DNA from: Candidatus Egerieimonas intestinavium
GTDB lineage: Bacteria; Bacillota; Clostridia; Lachnospirales; Lachnospiraceae
Assembly: GCA_018711815.1 (NCBI GenBank)
Contig: DVHU01000104.1
Location: forward strand, 90 to 64,089
Direction: 5' to 3'
DNA length: 64,000 bases
In this document: positions 50,569 through 59,917 of the stretch, piece after piece
How the letters are laid out: each line of letters begins with the position of its first letter
How positions within the stretch are numbered: position 1 is the first letter of the stretch
Position numbers and translations under genes: made by a program
Notes under the pieces: generated by a model
Told to the model about the DNA's origin: nothing
The model's input: only the letters and a program-made list of their open reading frames with translations
Databases searched by the model: none

Positions 50569-52152
50569 ATGATTCATTTAATTGTGGAGCTGTCAAAATA
50601 TTTTCTTCTTATCCTCATGCTGCTGTATTCCATGCAGTGCTTCTCCATTGTGCGCAAGCGGGATGAGGATGAGCGGAAAAACGGGGAGAGGAAGCAGATT
50701 ATTCTGATGCTCTTTCTCAATCTAGCGGCTTACACCGTCATGTACCTGCAGACGGAAGACATCTGGATGGTGTACGGGTGCGCCGCGGTGGTGGCGTACA
50801 TTCTGGCGGTACAGATACTGTACAGGATTTTTTACCGGAAGGCTAACATGCTGCTGGTAAACAATATGTGTATGTTGATGACCATCGGATTGATTATGAT
50901 ATCCAGGCTGAATTTTGACAACGCCAAAAAGCAGTATCTGATCATCGTGGCGGGAACAGCCCTGTCCCTGGTGGTGCCGGTGCTCATCCGCAAGGTGAGG
51001 TCCCTGAAAAACTGGACCTGGCTGTACGCGGCGGCGGGCATCGGCATGCTGATGGTGGTGCTGGCCCTGGCGGCCATCAGCGGAGGAGCCAAGCTGTCCA
51101 TTGAGATCGGCGGGATTACCTTCCAGCTGTCGGAGGTGGTGAAGATCACCTTTGTGTTCTTCCTGGCCAGCATACTGCGGGCGGACACCAGCTTTAAAAA
51201 TGTGGTGAAGGCCTCGGCGGTGGCGGGAGCCCACGTGCTGATCCTGGTGGCCTGCAAGGACCTGGGAAGCGCGGTGGTGTTCTTCATGGCCTACCTGGTG
51301 ATGGTCTATGTGGCCACCAAGAAACCAGTCTACGCCCTGGCGGGAACCCTGGGCGGCTGCGGAGCTGCGGTGGCCGCCTACTACCTCTTCAGCCATGTGC
51401 GCCAGCGGGTGGAGGTGTGGAAGGATCCCTTCGGCACCTACGACCAGGTGGGCGGCGGCTATCAGATCGCCCAGTCCCTCTTCGCCATCGGCGCCGGGGG
51501 ATGGTTCGGCACCGGGCTTTTTGCGGGCTCCCCGAATTCCATACCGGTGGTGCAGAAGGACTCGATCTTCGCGGCCATCTGCGAGGAGCTGGGAGGGCTC
51601 TTTGGCATCTGCCTGGTGCTGGTCTGCATGAGCTGCTTTTTGATGATTGTCAATATTTCGGTGAAGATGAGCAATCGGTTTTACAAGCTGGTCGCCCTGG
51701 GACTTGGCACCCAGTATGCGGTGCAGGTGTTCCTGACGGTGGGAGGAACCATCAAGTTCATTCCTCTGACAGGAATCACTCTGCCCTTAGTCAGCTACGG
51801 AGGAAGCTCGGTGATTGCCACCATTTTGGTTTTAGCGATCATACAGGGATTGTATCTATTGAGAGAAGATGAAGGTGAGCAAGTTGAGAGACAAAGACAG
51901 GAAAAAGAAATCCAAAACCGGGAAAGCCGCTACAGCCAGCAGCCGCAGTACCAGAGGCCGGAGTACCGGAACCAGTACCAGCAGCCGCAGTACGGGCAGC
52001 CGGACTACCGGAGCCAGGGCTACCGGGAGGACTACCGGGGACCGGTACCAGGAGCCGGGTATGGAGTACCGGGCTCCCAGGCAAAGCCCCAGCGGGAAAA
52101 AACCCTCGAAGAAAGAATCGAGGAAGAAACAGAAAAGAGCCTCAACTGGTAA
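50569..52152 (+). CDS. FtsW/RodA/SpoVE-family peptidoglycan polymerase with Q/Y/R-rich C-terminal tail
   Basis: 10-TM SEDS protein: QLSEVVKITFVFFLA, DLGSAVVFF, GLFAGSPNSIPVVQKDSIFAAICEELG, PLTGITLPLVSYGGSS. It has a ~100-aa low-complexity tail. Confidence 0.9.
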   Translation: MIHLIVELSKYFLLILMLLYSMQCFSIVRKRDEDERKNGERKQIILMLFLNLAAYTVMYLQTEDIWMVYGCAAVVAYILAVQILYRIFYRKANMLLVNNMCMLMTIGLIMISRLNFDNAKKQYLIIVAGTALSLVVPVLIRKVRSLKNWTWLYAAAGIGMLMVVLALAAISGGAKLSIEIGGITFQLSEVVKITFVFFLASILRADTSFKNVVKASAVAGAHVLILVACKDLGSAVVFFMAYLVMVYVATKKPVYALAGTLGGCGAAVAAYYLFSHVRQRVEVWKDPFGTYDQVGGGYQIAQSLFAIGAGGWFGTGLFAGSPNSIPVVQKDSIFAAICEELGGLFGICLVLVCMSCFLMIVNISVKMSNRFYKLVALGLGTQYAVQVFLTVGGTIKFIPLTGITLPLVSYGGSSVIATILVLAIIQGLYLLREDEGEQVERQRQEKEIQNRESRYSQQPQYQRPEYRNQYQQPQYGQPDYRSQGYREDYRGPVPGAGYGVPGSQAKPQREKTLEERIEEETEKSLNW

Positions 52153-53542
52153 GGAGTACGTGATCATCGCCTACCTGTGCGTGGGCATGTTCCTGTCCCT
52201 GATCTGCTACATGGTTTATTTTCATGTGAAGCTGAAGGACGACGTCATCAGCAGCCCCTACAACCGCAGGCAGGACACCTACGCGGAGCATGTGGTCCGG
52301 GGAGAGATCCGGGCCTCCGGCGGGGAGGTGCTGGCCAAGACGGAGACCGACGGTGAGGGCAATGAGCAGAGAGTCTATCCCTACGGGCGGGTTTTCGCTC
52401 ACGCGGTGGGCTACGACAGCAACGGCCGGGGCGGCATTGAGCTGTCCAAGAATTCCCAGCTGCTCACCTCCCACGCCTTTCTGCTGGAACAGGTGCAAAA
52501 CGGCCTGACGGATCAGAAGAATCAGGGAGATAACGTGATCACCACCCTGGACGCCAATTTGCAGCAGGTGGCCTACGATGCCCTGGGGAACAACCAGGGG
52601 GCGGTGGTGGTGCTGGAGGCGGACACCGGAAAGGTGCTGGCTCTGGTGAGTAAGCCGGATTTTGACCCCAACACTCTGGCTGCCGACTGGGACGCCATGG
52701 TGGCGGATGAGAACAACAGCAGCCTGGTGAACCGGGCCACCCAGGGCCTCTACCCGCCGGGTTCCACCTTTAAGATCATCACAGGGCTGGCCTATCTGCG
52801 GGATAAGGGAACTCTGGAGGGCTTCAGCTACAACTGCGCCGGGGAGATAACCCAGGACGGCTACACCCTCCACTGCTACGACGGGGAGGTTCACGGCCAG
52901 GAGGACTTTACCAAGGCCTTCGCCAAATCCTGCAACACGGCCTTTGCGGAGATCGGTATGCAGACCTCTCTGTCTGTGTTCCAGAAGACCGCCAAGGATC
53001 TCCTCTTTAACACGGATCTGTCCCTGGGGGATATGCTCTCCAATTCTAGCTCCTTTACCCTGGATAAGGACGCGGGCCGGCCGCTGACCATGCAGACCTC
53101 CATCGGACAGGGAAATACTCTGGTGACGCCCATGCACATGGCTATGATTACCAGTGCCATCGCCAACGGCGGTACGGCCATGAAGCCGTATCTGGTGGAT
53201 GAGATCCAGAGCTATGAGGGAAACCGGGTGAAGAAATATACCCCCAAGACCTACGCCACCCTGATGACCGAGCAGGAGGCCCAGACCTTGAGCGCCCTCA
53301 TGCAGGAGGTGACCGCCTCCGGTACGGCCAGAAGCCTCTCCGGGACCGGCTACACGGTGGCAGGAAAGACCGGATCTGCGGAGCATGCCGGATCAGATAT
53401 TCCACATTCCTGGTTTGTGGGCTTCTCCAACGTGGAGGATCCGGATATCGTGGTGAGCATCATTTCCGAGGGCTCAGGAACCGGAAGCCAGGTGGCGGTT
53501 CCCATCGCCAAGAAAATTTTCGACGCCTACTATAATAGCTAA
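52061..53542 (+). CDS. Penicillin-binding protein 2-type transpeptidase (class B PBP)
   Basis: Basic tail + TM (YVIIAYLCVGMFLSLICYMVYF), dimerisation domain, STFK (PPGSTFKII), SCN (KSCNTA), KTGS (AGKTGSA). ATG 52061 with AGGAG 6 nt upstream is preferred; the ORF is open from 51869. Confidence 0.88.
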   Translation: MEYRAPRQSPSGKKPSKKESRKKQKRASTGKEYVIIAYLCVGMFLSLICYMVYFHVKLKDDVISSPYNRRQDTYAEHVVRGEIRASGGEVLAKTETDGEGNEQRVYPYGRVFAHAVGYDSNGRGGIELSKNSQLLTSHAFLLEQVQNGLTDQKNQGDNVITTLDANLQQVAYDALGNNQGAVVVLEADTGKVLALVSKPDFDPNTLAADWDAMVADENNSSLVNRATQGLYPPGSTFKIITGLAYLRDKGTLEGFSYNCAGEITQDGYTLHCYDGEVHGQEDFTKAFAKSCNTAFAEIGMQTSLSVFQKTAKDLLFNTDLSLGDMLSNSSSFTLDKDAGRPLTMQTSIGQGNTLVTPMHMAMITSAIANGGTAMKPYLVDEIQSYEGNRVKKYTPKTYATLMTEQEAQTLSALMQEVTASGTARSLSGTGYTVAGKTGSAEHAGSDIPHSWFVGFSNVEDPDIVVSIISEGSGTGSQVAVPIAKKIFDAYYNS

Positions 53543-53550
53543 AAACCTTC

Positions 53551-53579
53551 TTGCGTACGCCGGGAAAAAGCGTTATACT
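53551..53579 (+). promoter_or_regulatory. Candidate sigma-A promoter for the NUDIX gene
   Basis: TTGCGT (53551-53556), 17-nt spacer, TATACT (53574-53579). Confidence 0.45.
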
Positions 53580-53645
53580 GTTCCTAGCAAAAAATACACA
53601 ACGCACATCCCGGCTGAGGCCTGGGATAGCAGGAGGTCTTGCAGG

Positions 53646-54098
53646 ATGATTGAAGCAACGAGCTGTGGCGGGGTGGTAATTTATCGGGGTAAGATCCTGA
53701 CCTTATACAAGAGCTACAAGAATAAGTATGAGGGCTGGGTGCTGCCCAAGGGAACTGTTGAAAAAGGCGAGGAATATAAGGATACCGCAATCCGGGAGGT
53801 GCTGGAAGAGGCGGGAGTTCAGGCGTCCATCATCAAGTATATCGGCAAGAGTCAGTACACCTTCAATGTGCCGGAGGACACGGTGGAGAAGGATGTACAC
53901 TGGTATCTGATGAGGGCCAACAGCTACTACAGCAAGCCCCAGAGGGAAGAATACTTCGTGGATTCCGGGTACTATAAGTTCCATGAGGCTTACCATCTAC
54001 TGAAATTTTCCAATGAGAGACAGATTTTGGAAATGGCCTACAATGAATACTTGGATTTGAAAAAGTCCAATTTGTGGGGAAACCGGAAATATTTTTAG
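53646..54098 (+). CDS. NUDIX hydrolase
   Basis: Nudix box GTVEKGEEYKDTAIREVLEEAGV (GX5EX7REUXEEXGU). Confidence 0.85.
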   Translation: MIEATSCGGVVIYRGKILTLYKSYKNKYEGWVLPKGTVEKGEEYKDTAIREVLEEAGVQASIIKYIGKSQYTFNVPEDTVEKDVHWYLMRANSYYSKPQREEYFVDSGYYKFHEAYHLLKFSNERQILEMAYNEYLDLKKSNLWGNRKYF

Positions 54099-54183
54099 CG
54101 TTAGAGGGGCTACCGCAATTAGTAGATAACTGCGGCGGCCCCTTGTTCGCAGATCGGGCCGGCAATGGCAAAAAGGAAAGATT

Positions 54184-54513
54184 ATGCTGGATTGGTATAA
54201 GAAGCTATATGTGGGGGAAACTGCAAAAAAGAAGGAAAAAAAGCTGGTGAGAAGGATCAGCAGAGGCCGGATGGCCCCGGGCGTCTACCTGATCACCCTG
54301 GCCTCCAACGGCCGGGATCAGCTGGATATTCTGTCCGCCGTACAGGCGGTCTGGAGAGGGAAGCGCGGTCTCTGCCCCCCCATTGTGGGGCTGGCCGGCA
54401 GCTACGGGGAGGCCCTGGAGCTGGTGGAGCAGATGGCCCGGGAGGCCTTCGATCAGACTGGCCGGGCGGATATCCGCAGTTATCTGACAGAATGGGAAGA
54501 GGAAGGAAAGTAG
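54184..54513 (+). CDS. Hypothetical protein (109 aa)
   Basis: ORF with a GGAAAG RBS-like sequence upstream. I recognise no motif. Coding-like composition, and closely followed by the next gene (3-nt gap). Confidence 0.4.
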   Translation: MLDWYKKLYVGETAKKKEKKLVRRISRGRMAPGVYLITLASNGRDQLDILSAVQAVWRGKRGLCPPIVGLAGSYGEALELVEQMAREAFDQTGRADIRSYLTEWEEEGK

Positions 54514-54516
54514 AAG

Positions 54517-55608
54517 GTGCTTATGGTACATATTATACTGACCATCTTAAAAATCATAGGGATTTTTCTTCTGGTTATCCTGGGACTGCTTCTGCTGGCG
54601 CTGCTGTCGGCGCTCTTTGTGCCCCTGCGTTACAGCGGCAGAGCCCAAAAAGAAGGGGAAGTGATGGAGGCGAGCCTGCGGGTTTCCTGGCTTCTGCACC
54701 TGATTCATTTCACCCTGGGCTGGCGGGAGGGAAAATTAGACTGGAACCTGAGGATTTTTGGTATCTCCCTGAAAAAGCTGGGGAAACTATTGGAGAGAAG
54801 ACAGCGGAGAGACAAGGCCAAGGCTCCGGGGGAAGGCCGGCGGGAGACAGAGGAGCCGGAAAGCGTTCGGGAAGAAAAGCCTGAGCCCCGGGCAGAGGAA
54901 AAGGAGCCCGGGCAGCTCTCCCGGGCAGCCGCGGAAACACAAAAGCCGCCCCAGGAGGATATGGAAGCTCCCCGGTCGCTCCAGGAGGATGCGGAAGCTC
55001 CCCGGTCATCCCAGGAGGATGCAAAGACGCCCCAGCTGGAGGAGGGCTTTCGGCCGGCGTCTCTGCCGGGTCCAACCATAAGCTTTTGGGAGAGGATTGC
55101 CGGGGCTCTGAGAGCAGCCCTGGGGGCGGTGAAAGGATTTTTTGTGAAAATATGGCGGGGAATCCGCTGGATTTTGGGCCTTCCCGGAAGAATTTTCCGG
55201 GGGGTTAAGAAAATCTGTTTCACAATCCAGGGAATGTGTGATAAAATAGAGAAATGGAAAAGGTTTGTGCGGGAGGAGGATACCCGGGAGGCCTTTAGGC
55301 TGGTGAAACGGAGTATCGGCGGAGCCCTCAGGCATGTGCTTCCCCGGAGGATTCGCGGGCGGCTGCTCTTTGGGTTTGAGGATCCGTCCCAGACAGGCCG
55401 GCTGCTGGCAGCCCTGTCCCCCTTTTATCCCGTGTACGCCAAGAGCCTGGCCTTGACCCCGGCCTTTGACCGGGCAGTGCTGGAGGGCAGGATTTCCTTC
55501 CGGGGACGGATATACGGCGTCTTTTTCGTGAAGACAGCCCTCAACATATGGATGGACAAGCACGTGAAGAAAACGGTGAAGCGATTCCGCCAGGTGAGCA
55601 GCCTGTAG
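54517..55608 (+). CDS. YtfI-like (DUF2953-like) membrane protein with acidic repeat insert
   Basis: N-terminal TM (ILTILKIIGIFLLVILGLLLLALLSALF) and position immediately upstream of a ytfJ homologue, as in Bacillus ytfIJ. The family call is from context and memory. Confidence 0.45.
   Translation: MLMVHIILTILKIIGIFLLVILGLLLLALLSALFVPLRYSGRAQKEGEVMEASLRVSWLLHLIHFTLGWREGKLDWNLRIFGISLKKLGKLLERRQRRDKAKAPGEGRRETEEPESVREEKPEPRAEEKEPGQLSRAAAETQKPPQEDMEAPRSLQEDAEAPRSSQEDAKTPQLEEGFRPASLPGPTISFWERIAGALRAALGAVKGFFVKIWRGIRWILGLPGRIFRGVKKICFTIQGMCDKIEKWKRFVREEDTREAFRLVKRSIGGALRHVLPRRIRGRLLFGFEDPSQTGRLLAALSPFYPVYAKSLALTPAFDRAVLEGRISFRGRIYGVFFVKTALNIWMDKHVKKTVKRFRQVSSL
54951..55040 (+). repeat. In-frame 30-nt tandem repeat (3 units) encoding PQED(M/A)EAPRS
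   Basis: ccaggaggatatggaagctccccggtcgct / ccaggaggatgcggaagctccccggtcatc / ccaggaggatgcaaagacgccccagctgga. Confidence 0.9.
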
Positions 55609-55634
55609 GCGGAGACAGCAAGGAGGTAACAGAG

Positions 55635-56036
55635 ATGGCCAATGATTTTCAGACCACAGTGTCCGCCCTCTTTAAGGGAATGGACAGCTTTATCACCACA
55701 AAGACGGTAGTGGGTGAGGCAATCCACATCGGCGACAACATTATTCTTCCGCTGGTGGACGTCAGCTTCGGCGTGGCGGCCGGGGCCTTTGCGGAGAACG
55801 CCAAGAATAACGGCGGAGGCGGTATGGGAGGAAAGGTATCTCCCAGCGCGGTGTTGGTGATCAACAAGAACGGAACCCGCCTGGTGAACATCAAGAACCA
55901 GGATGCGGTCACTAAGATTCTGGATATGGTTCCGGATCTGATCAACAAGTTTACCAAGAAGGATGACGGTTCTGAGTATTCAGCCGAGGAGGTAGAGCAT
56001 ATATTAGAGCAAGAGGCAAAAAAAGAACAGGAGTAG
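55635..56036 (+). CDS. ytfJ: Sporulation protein YtfJ (GerW family)
   Basis: TKTVVGEAIHIGDNIILPLVDVSFGVAAGAF...GGGGMGGKVSPSAVLVI is characteristic of YtfJ/GerW. AGGAGG RBS before ATG 55635. Confidence 0.8.
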   Translation: MANDFQTTVSALFKGMDSFITTKTVVGEAIHIGDNIILPLVDVSFGVAAGAFAENAKNNGGGGMGGKVSPSAVLVINKNGTRLVNIKNQDAVTKILDMVPDLINKFTKKDDGSEYSAEEVEHILEQEAKKEQE

Positions 56037-56040
56037 GTTA

Positions 56041-56181
56041 ATGAACCGAGTGCTGGGCTTCTTGCTATTTTGGACCGGCGTCGGGATGATGATTATGATT
56101 ATCATTCCCACTAATTTCTGGACCGTATTAGCTGCGGCGGTCTGTATGCTGATCGGGTACAATCTGTTTTGCAGTTCATAG
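56041..56181 (+). CDS. Unlisted small ORF, 46-aa two-helix membrane peptide
   Basis: Translates to MNRVLGFLLFWTGVGMMIMIIIPTNFWTVLAAAVCMLIGYNLFCSS. It starts 5 nt after the ytfJ stop, with AGGAG 8 nt upstream. It falls below the 60-aa cutoff of the ORF track. Confidence 0.35.
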   Translation: MNRVLGFLLFWTGVGMMIMIIIPTNFWTVLAAAVCMLIGYNLFCSS

Positions 56182-56253
56182 GTGTTCGGGGATGCTTTCT
56201 CGGGCACCTTTTATTCTTCTCTAGAAAATTACACAAGGAGAAAACGTGAATTT

Positions 56254-57810
56254 ATGAGTATACTGAATGTGGAGCACCTGTCCCACGGATTTGGGGACAG
56301 AGCAATTTTCCAGGATGTCTCCTTTAGGCTGTTAAAGGGGGAGCATATCGGCCTGGTGGGAGCCAACGGGGAGGGAAAATCTACTTTCCTGAATATCGTC
56401 ACCGGGAAACTGATGCCCGATGAGGGCAAGGTGGAGTGGGCCAAGAATGTCCGGGCCGGGTATCTGGACCAGCATGCAGTCCTCCAGAAGGGGATGACCA
56501 TCGGGGAAACGCTGCGCCAGGCCTTCCAGCCCCTTTTTCAGATGGAGCAGCGGATGAACGAGATCTGCGACGGGATGGGGGAAGCCTCCCCGGAGGAGCT
56601 GGAGGCCATGATGGAGGAGCTGGGAACCATCCAGGAGCTGCTGACAGCCCACGATTTCTATATCATCGACGCCAAGGTGGAGGAGGTAGCCCGGGCCCTG
56701 GGACTATTGGAGCTGGGCCTGGATCAGGATGTGACGGAGCTCTCCGGCGGTCAGCGGACCAAGGTGCTCTTGGGAAAGCTGCTGCTGGAGAAGCCGGATA
56801 TTCTGCTGCTGGATGAGCCCACCAACTATTTGGATCAGCAGCATATCGCCTGGCTCACCCGGTATTTGCAGGAGTATGAGAACGCTTTTATTTTGATTTC
56901 CCACGATATCCCCTTCTTAAACAGCGTGGTGAATCTGATCTACCACATGGAAAATCAGAAATTAGACCGTTACGTGGGGAATTATGACAAGTTCCTGGAG
57001 GTCTATGAGGTGAAGAAGGCCCAGCTGGAGGCGGCTTACCGTCGGCAGCAGCAGGAGATCACCCAGCTGAAGGATTTTGTGGCCAGAAACAAAGCCCGGG
57101 TGGCCACCAGAAATATGGCCATGTCCCGGCAGAAGAAGCTGGATAAGATGGAGGTTATCGAGCTGGCGGCGGAGAGGCCCAAGCCTCAGTTTCTCTTCAA
57201 GGAGGCCAGAACCTCCGGGAAAATGGTATTTCTCACCAGGGATTTGGTGATCGGCTATGAGGAGCCCCTGTCCAAGCCGCTGAATCTGGAGATGGAGCGG
57301 GGGCAGAAGATCGCCCTGACGGGGGCCAACGGCATTGGAAAAACCACGCTGCTAAAGAGCATTCTGGGGCTGGTAAAGCCCCTGTCCGGCTACGCTCAGC
57401 TGGGGGATTATCTGTATCTGGGATACTTCGAGCAGGAGATGGCTCCGGGAAACACCCGCACCTGCATAGAGGAAATATGGGAGGAATTTCCCTCCCTGAC
57501 CCAGTACGAGGTGCGCTCAGCCCTGGCCAAATGCGGCCTTACCACCAAGCATATCGAGAGTCAGGTGCGGGTGCTCTCCGGCGGGGAGCAGGCCAAGGTG
57601 CGGCTGTGCAAGCTCATCAACCGGGAGACCAACCTGCTGCTTCTGGACGAGCCCACCAACCACCTGGACGCGGACGCCAAGGCGGAGCTGAAGAGGGCCC
57701 TGCGGGAGTACCGGGGAAGCATCCTTCTCATCTGCCATGAGCCGGATTTTTATGAGGATATTGTGACGGAGGTCTGGGACTGCAGTCGGTGGACCACGAA
57801 AATTTTATAA
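56254..57810 (+). CDS. ABC-F family ATPase (two NBDs, no TMD)
   Basis: Two Walker A sites (GANGEGKST; GANGIGKTT), two signatures (LSGGQRTK; LSGGEQAK), and an inter-domain linker rich in K/R/Q. Confidence 0.9.
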   Translation: MSILNVEHLSHGFGDRAIFQDVSFRLLKGEHIGLVGANGEGKSTFLNIVTGKLMPDEGKVEWAKNVRAGYLDQHAVLQKGMTIGETLRQAFQPLFQMEQRMNEICDGMGEASPEELEAMMEELGTIQELLTAHDFYIIDAKVEEVARALGLLELGLDQDVTELSGGQRTKVLLGKLLLEKPDILLLDEPTNYLDQQHIAWLTRYLQEYENAFILISHDIPFLNSVVNLIYHMENQKLDRYVGNYDKFLEVYEVKKAQLEAAYRRQQQEITQLKDFVARNKARVATRNMAMSRQKKLDKMEVIELAAERPKPQFLFKEARTSGKMVFLTRDLVIGYEEPLSKPLNLEMERGQKIALTGANGIGKTTLLKSILGLVKPLSGYAQLGDYLYLGYFEQEMAPGNTRTCIEEIWEEFPSLTQYEVRSALAKCGLTTKHIESQVRVLSGGEQAKVRLCKLINRETNLLLLDEPTNHLDADAKAELKRALREYRGSILLICHEPDFYEDIVTEVWDCSRWTTKIL

Positions 57811-57822
57811 GGAGGTAGAGCA

Positions 57823-58710
57823 ATGAGCGACTATGTATTGGAAAATGGGGAACTGCGGGCGACCTTCCGCAGCCAGGGGGGCGAACTGACCTCCCTGGTG
57901 AAAAAGGAAAATGGACAGGAGTATCTCTGGAAGGGGGACGGCGCCTACTGGGGCTGGCATTCTCCGGTGCTCTTTCCCCTGGTGGGCTCCCTGAAGGGCG
58001 GCGGATATACCCACGAGGGCAAGAGCTACGCCATGGGGCAGCACGGCCTGGCCCGGCGGCTGGAGTTTGACCTGCTGCGGCAGGAGGAGGACAGCCTCTG
58101 GTTTGTGCTTCAGGATACCCCGGCCACCCGGGAGAGCTATCCCTTCGCCTTTCGGCTGGAGATCGGCTACGAGCTCACCGGTAAGGAGCTGAAGGTACTC
58201 TGGCGGGTGAAGAACCCCGGGGAGGAGACGCTGTATTTTTCCATCGGAGCCCATCCGGCCTTCCTGTGCCCTCCGGGAGGGGAGAAGCCCCACTGGCAGG
58301 GCGCTTACATCGGCTTTGATACCCGGGAGGACCGCATCGTTTACCGGCTGGTGGATCCCAGCTGCGGACTGGCGGCCCCGGCCACCTATGTTCAGCCCCT
58401 GGAGGAGGGGATGTTCCCGGTGCAGCGGGATACCTTTGACCGGGATGCCCTGATCCTGGAGGACAAGCAGGTGAGCCAAGTGTTCCTGGCCGGGGAGGAT
58501 AAGGTGCCCTACCTGTCGGTGAAATTTGACGCCCCCCTGGTGGGCCTCTGGTCTCCGGTGAAAAAGGACGCTCCCTTCATCTGCATCGAGCCCTGGTACG
58601 GCCGGTGCGACGGCGTGGACTTTGAGGGGGAGTGGAAGGATCGGAAGTACGGGAACAGCTTAAAGCCCGGGGATACCTTCGCGGCAGAATATACCATTTC
58701 AGTGAACTAG
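57823..58710 (+). CDS. Aldose 1-epimerase-family (galactose mutarotase-like) protein
   Basis: 295 aa. WHSPVLFPLVG, HGLAR, FSIGAHPAF, and CIEPW motifs are typical of the LacX/YihR-like subgroup. Confidence 0.7.
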   Translation: MSDYVLENGELRATFRSQGGELTSLVKKENGQEYLWKGDGAYWGWHSPVLFPLVGSLKGGGYTHEGKSYAMGQHGLARRLEFDLLRQEEDSLWFVLQDTPATRESYPFAFRLEIGYELTGKELKVLWRVKNPGEETLYFSIGAHPAFLCPPGGEKPHWQGAYIGFDTREDRIVYRLVDPSCGLAAPATYVQPLEEGMFPVQRDTFDRDALILEDKQVSQVFLAGEDKVPYLSVKFDAPLVGLWSPVKKDAPFICIEPWYGRCDGVDFEGEWKDRKYGNSLKPGDTFAAEYTISVN

Positions 58711-58722
58711 CAGGAGGTACAT

Positions 58723-59907
58723 ATGGATAATTTTACATTTTGCAGTCCCACGCTTTTTGTGTTCGGCAGGGATCAGGAGAACAATGCGGGAAAATACGTG
58801 AAGCAGTTCGGCGGCACCAAGGTGCTGCTCCATTACGGGGGAAGCTCCGCGGAGAAGTCCGGCCTTCTGGGCCGGGTGGAGAATTCCCTGAAGCGGGAGG
58901 GAATTTCCTGGGTGAAGCTGGGAGGGGTGCAGCCCAACCCCAAGAGCCCGCTGATCTATGAGGGAATTGAGCTTTGCAAAAAGGAAGGGGTAGACTTTAT
59001 CCTGGCGGTGGGCGGCGGCAGCGTCATCGACTCCGCCAAGGCCATCGGCCTGGGGGTGGTGTATGAGGGAGATATCTGGGAGCTGTACTCCAAGCAGGCA
59101 GCTCCGGCGGCTTCCCTGCCGGTGGGCACAGTGCTGACCATTGCCGCCGCCGGCAGCGAGGGCAGCAACGGCAGCGTGGTCTCCTTCCAGCGGGAGGACG
59201 GCGTTTATAAGAGGGACTGCGGCGGGGAATTTATGCGGCCTAAGTTTTCCATCCTGAATCCGGCCCTGACGCAGACCCTGCCCCCCTATCAGACCGCCTG
59301 CGGCATTGTGGACATCATGTGCCACGTGCATGAGCGGTATTTCACCAACACGGAGCACGTGGAAATCACCGACCAGCTCTGCGAGGGCGTCCTGCGCACG
59401 TTGATTAAAGAGGGGCCCAAGGTTATGAAGGATCCCAACGACTACGAGGCCCGGGCCAACATCATGTGGGCCGGCACCATGGCCCACAACGACATCTGCG
59501 GCGTGGGCCGAGAGCAGGACTGGGCCAGCCACAACCTGGAGCACGAGCTGTCGGGACTTTACAACTGCGCCCACGGAGCCGGCCTGGCGGTGATTATGCC
59601 CGCCTGGATGGATTATGTGATGAAGCATGATATCAAACGGTTCGCCCGCTATGCGGTAAATGTCTGGGGCTGTGAGAAGGAGGAAAATCCGGCCAACACT
59701 GCCCGGGCGGGAATCGCAGCCTTGAGAAAATTCTGGAAATCCCTGGGGATGCCCCTGAATTTCCAGCAGCTGGGCGCCCGGGAGGAGGACATTCCTCTGC
59801 TGCTGAACTATCTGCAGATCGAGGGCAGGACGGAAGGCCATTTCGTGAAGCTGGGAACGGAGGACTGCCGGGCCATCTATCAGCTGGCGGCGGACTATCC
59901 GGGATAA
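58723..59907 (+). CDS. Iron-containing alcohol dehydrogenase (butanol dehydrogenase/YqhD-like)
   Basis: ILAVGGGSVIDSAKAI, the TIAAAGSE-type motif, and His cluster HNLEHELSGLYNCAHGAGLA. Confidence 0.9.
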   Translation: MDNFTFCSPTLFVFGRDQENNAGKYVKQFGGTKVLLHYGGSSAEKSGLLGRVENSLKREGISWVKLGGVQPNPKSPLIYEGIELCKKEGVDFILAVGGGSVIDSAKAIGLGVVYEGDIWELYSKQAAPAASLPVGTVLTIAAAGSEGSNGSVVSFQREDGVYKRDCGGEFMRPKFSILNPALTQTLPPYQTACGIVDIMCHVHERYFTNTEHVEITDQLCEGVLRTLIKEGPKVMKDPNDYEARANIMWAGTMAHNDICGVGREQDWASHNLEHELSGLYNCAHGAGLAVIMPAWMDYVMKHDIKRFARYAVNVWGCEKEENPANTARAGIAALRKFWKSLGMPLNFQQLGAREEDIPLLLNYLQIEGRTEGHFVKLGTEDCRAIYQLAADYPG

Positions 59908-59917
59908 GGAGAGAAGA

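Noticed and set aside
54951-55040. Tandem repeats (here and at 1559-1645) as possible CRISPR or minisatellite arrays
   Set aside because: The units are contiguous with no spacers, are in frame inside ORFs, and encode sensible peptide repeats. No cas genes are present in the window.
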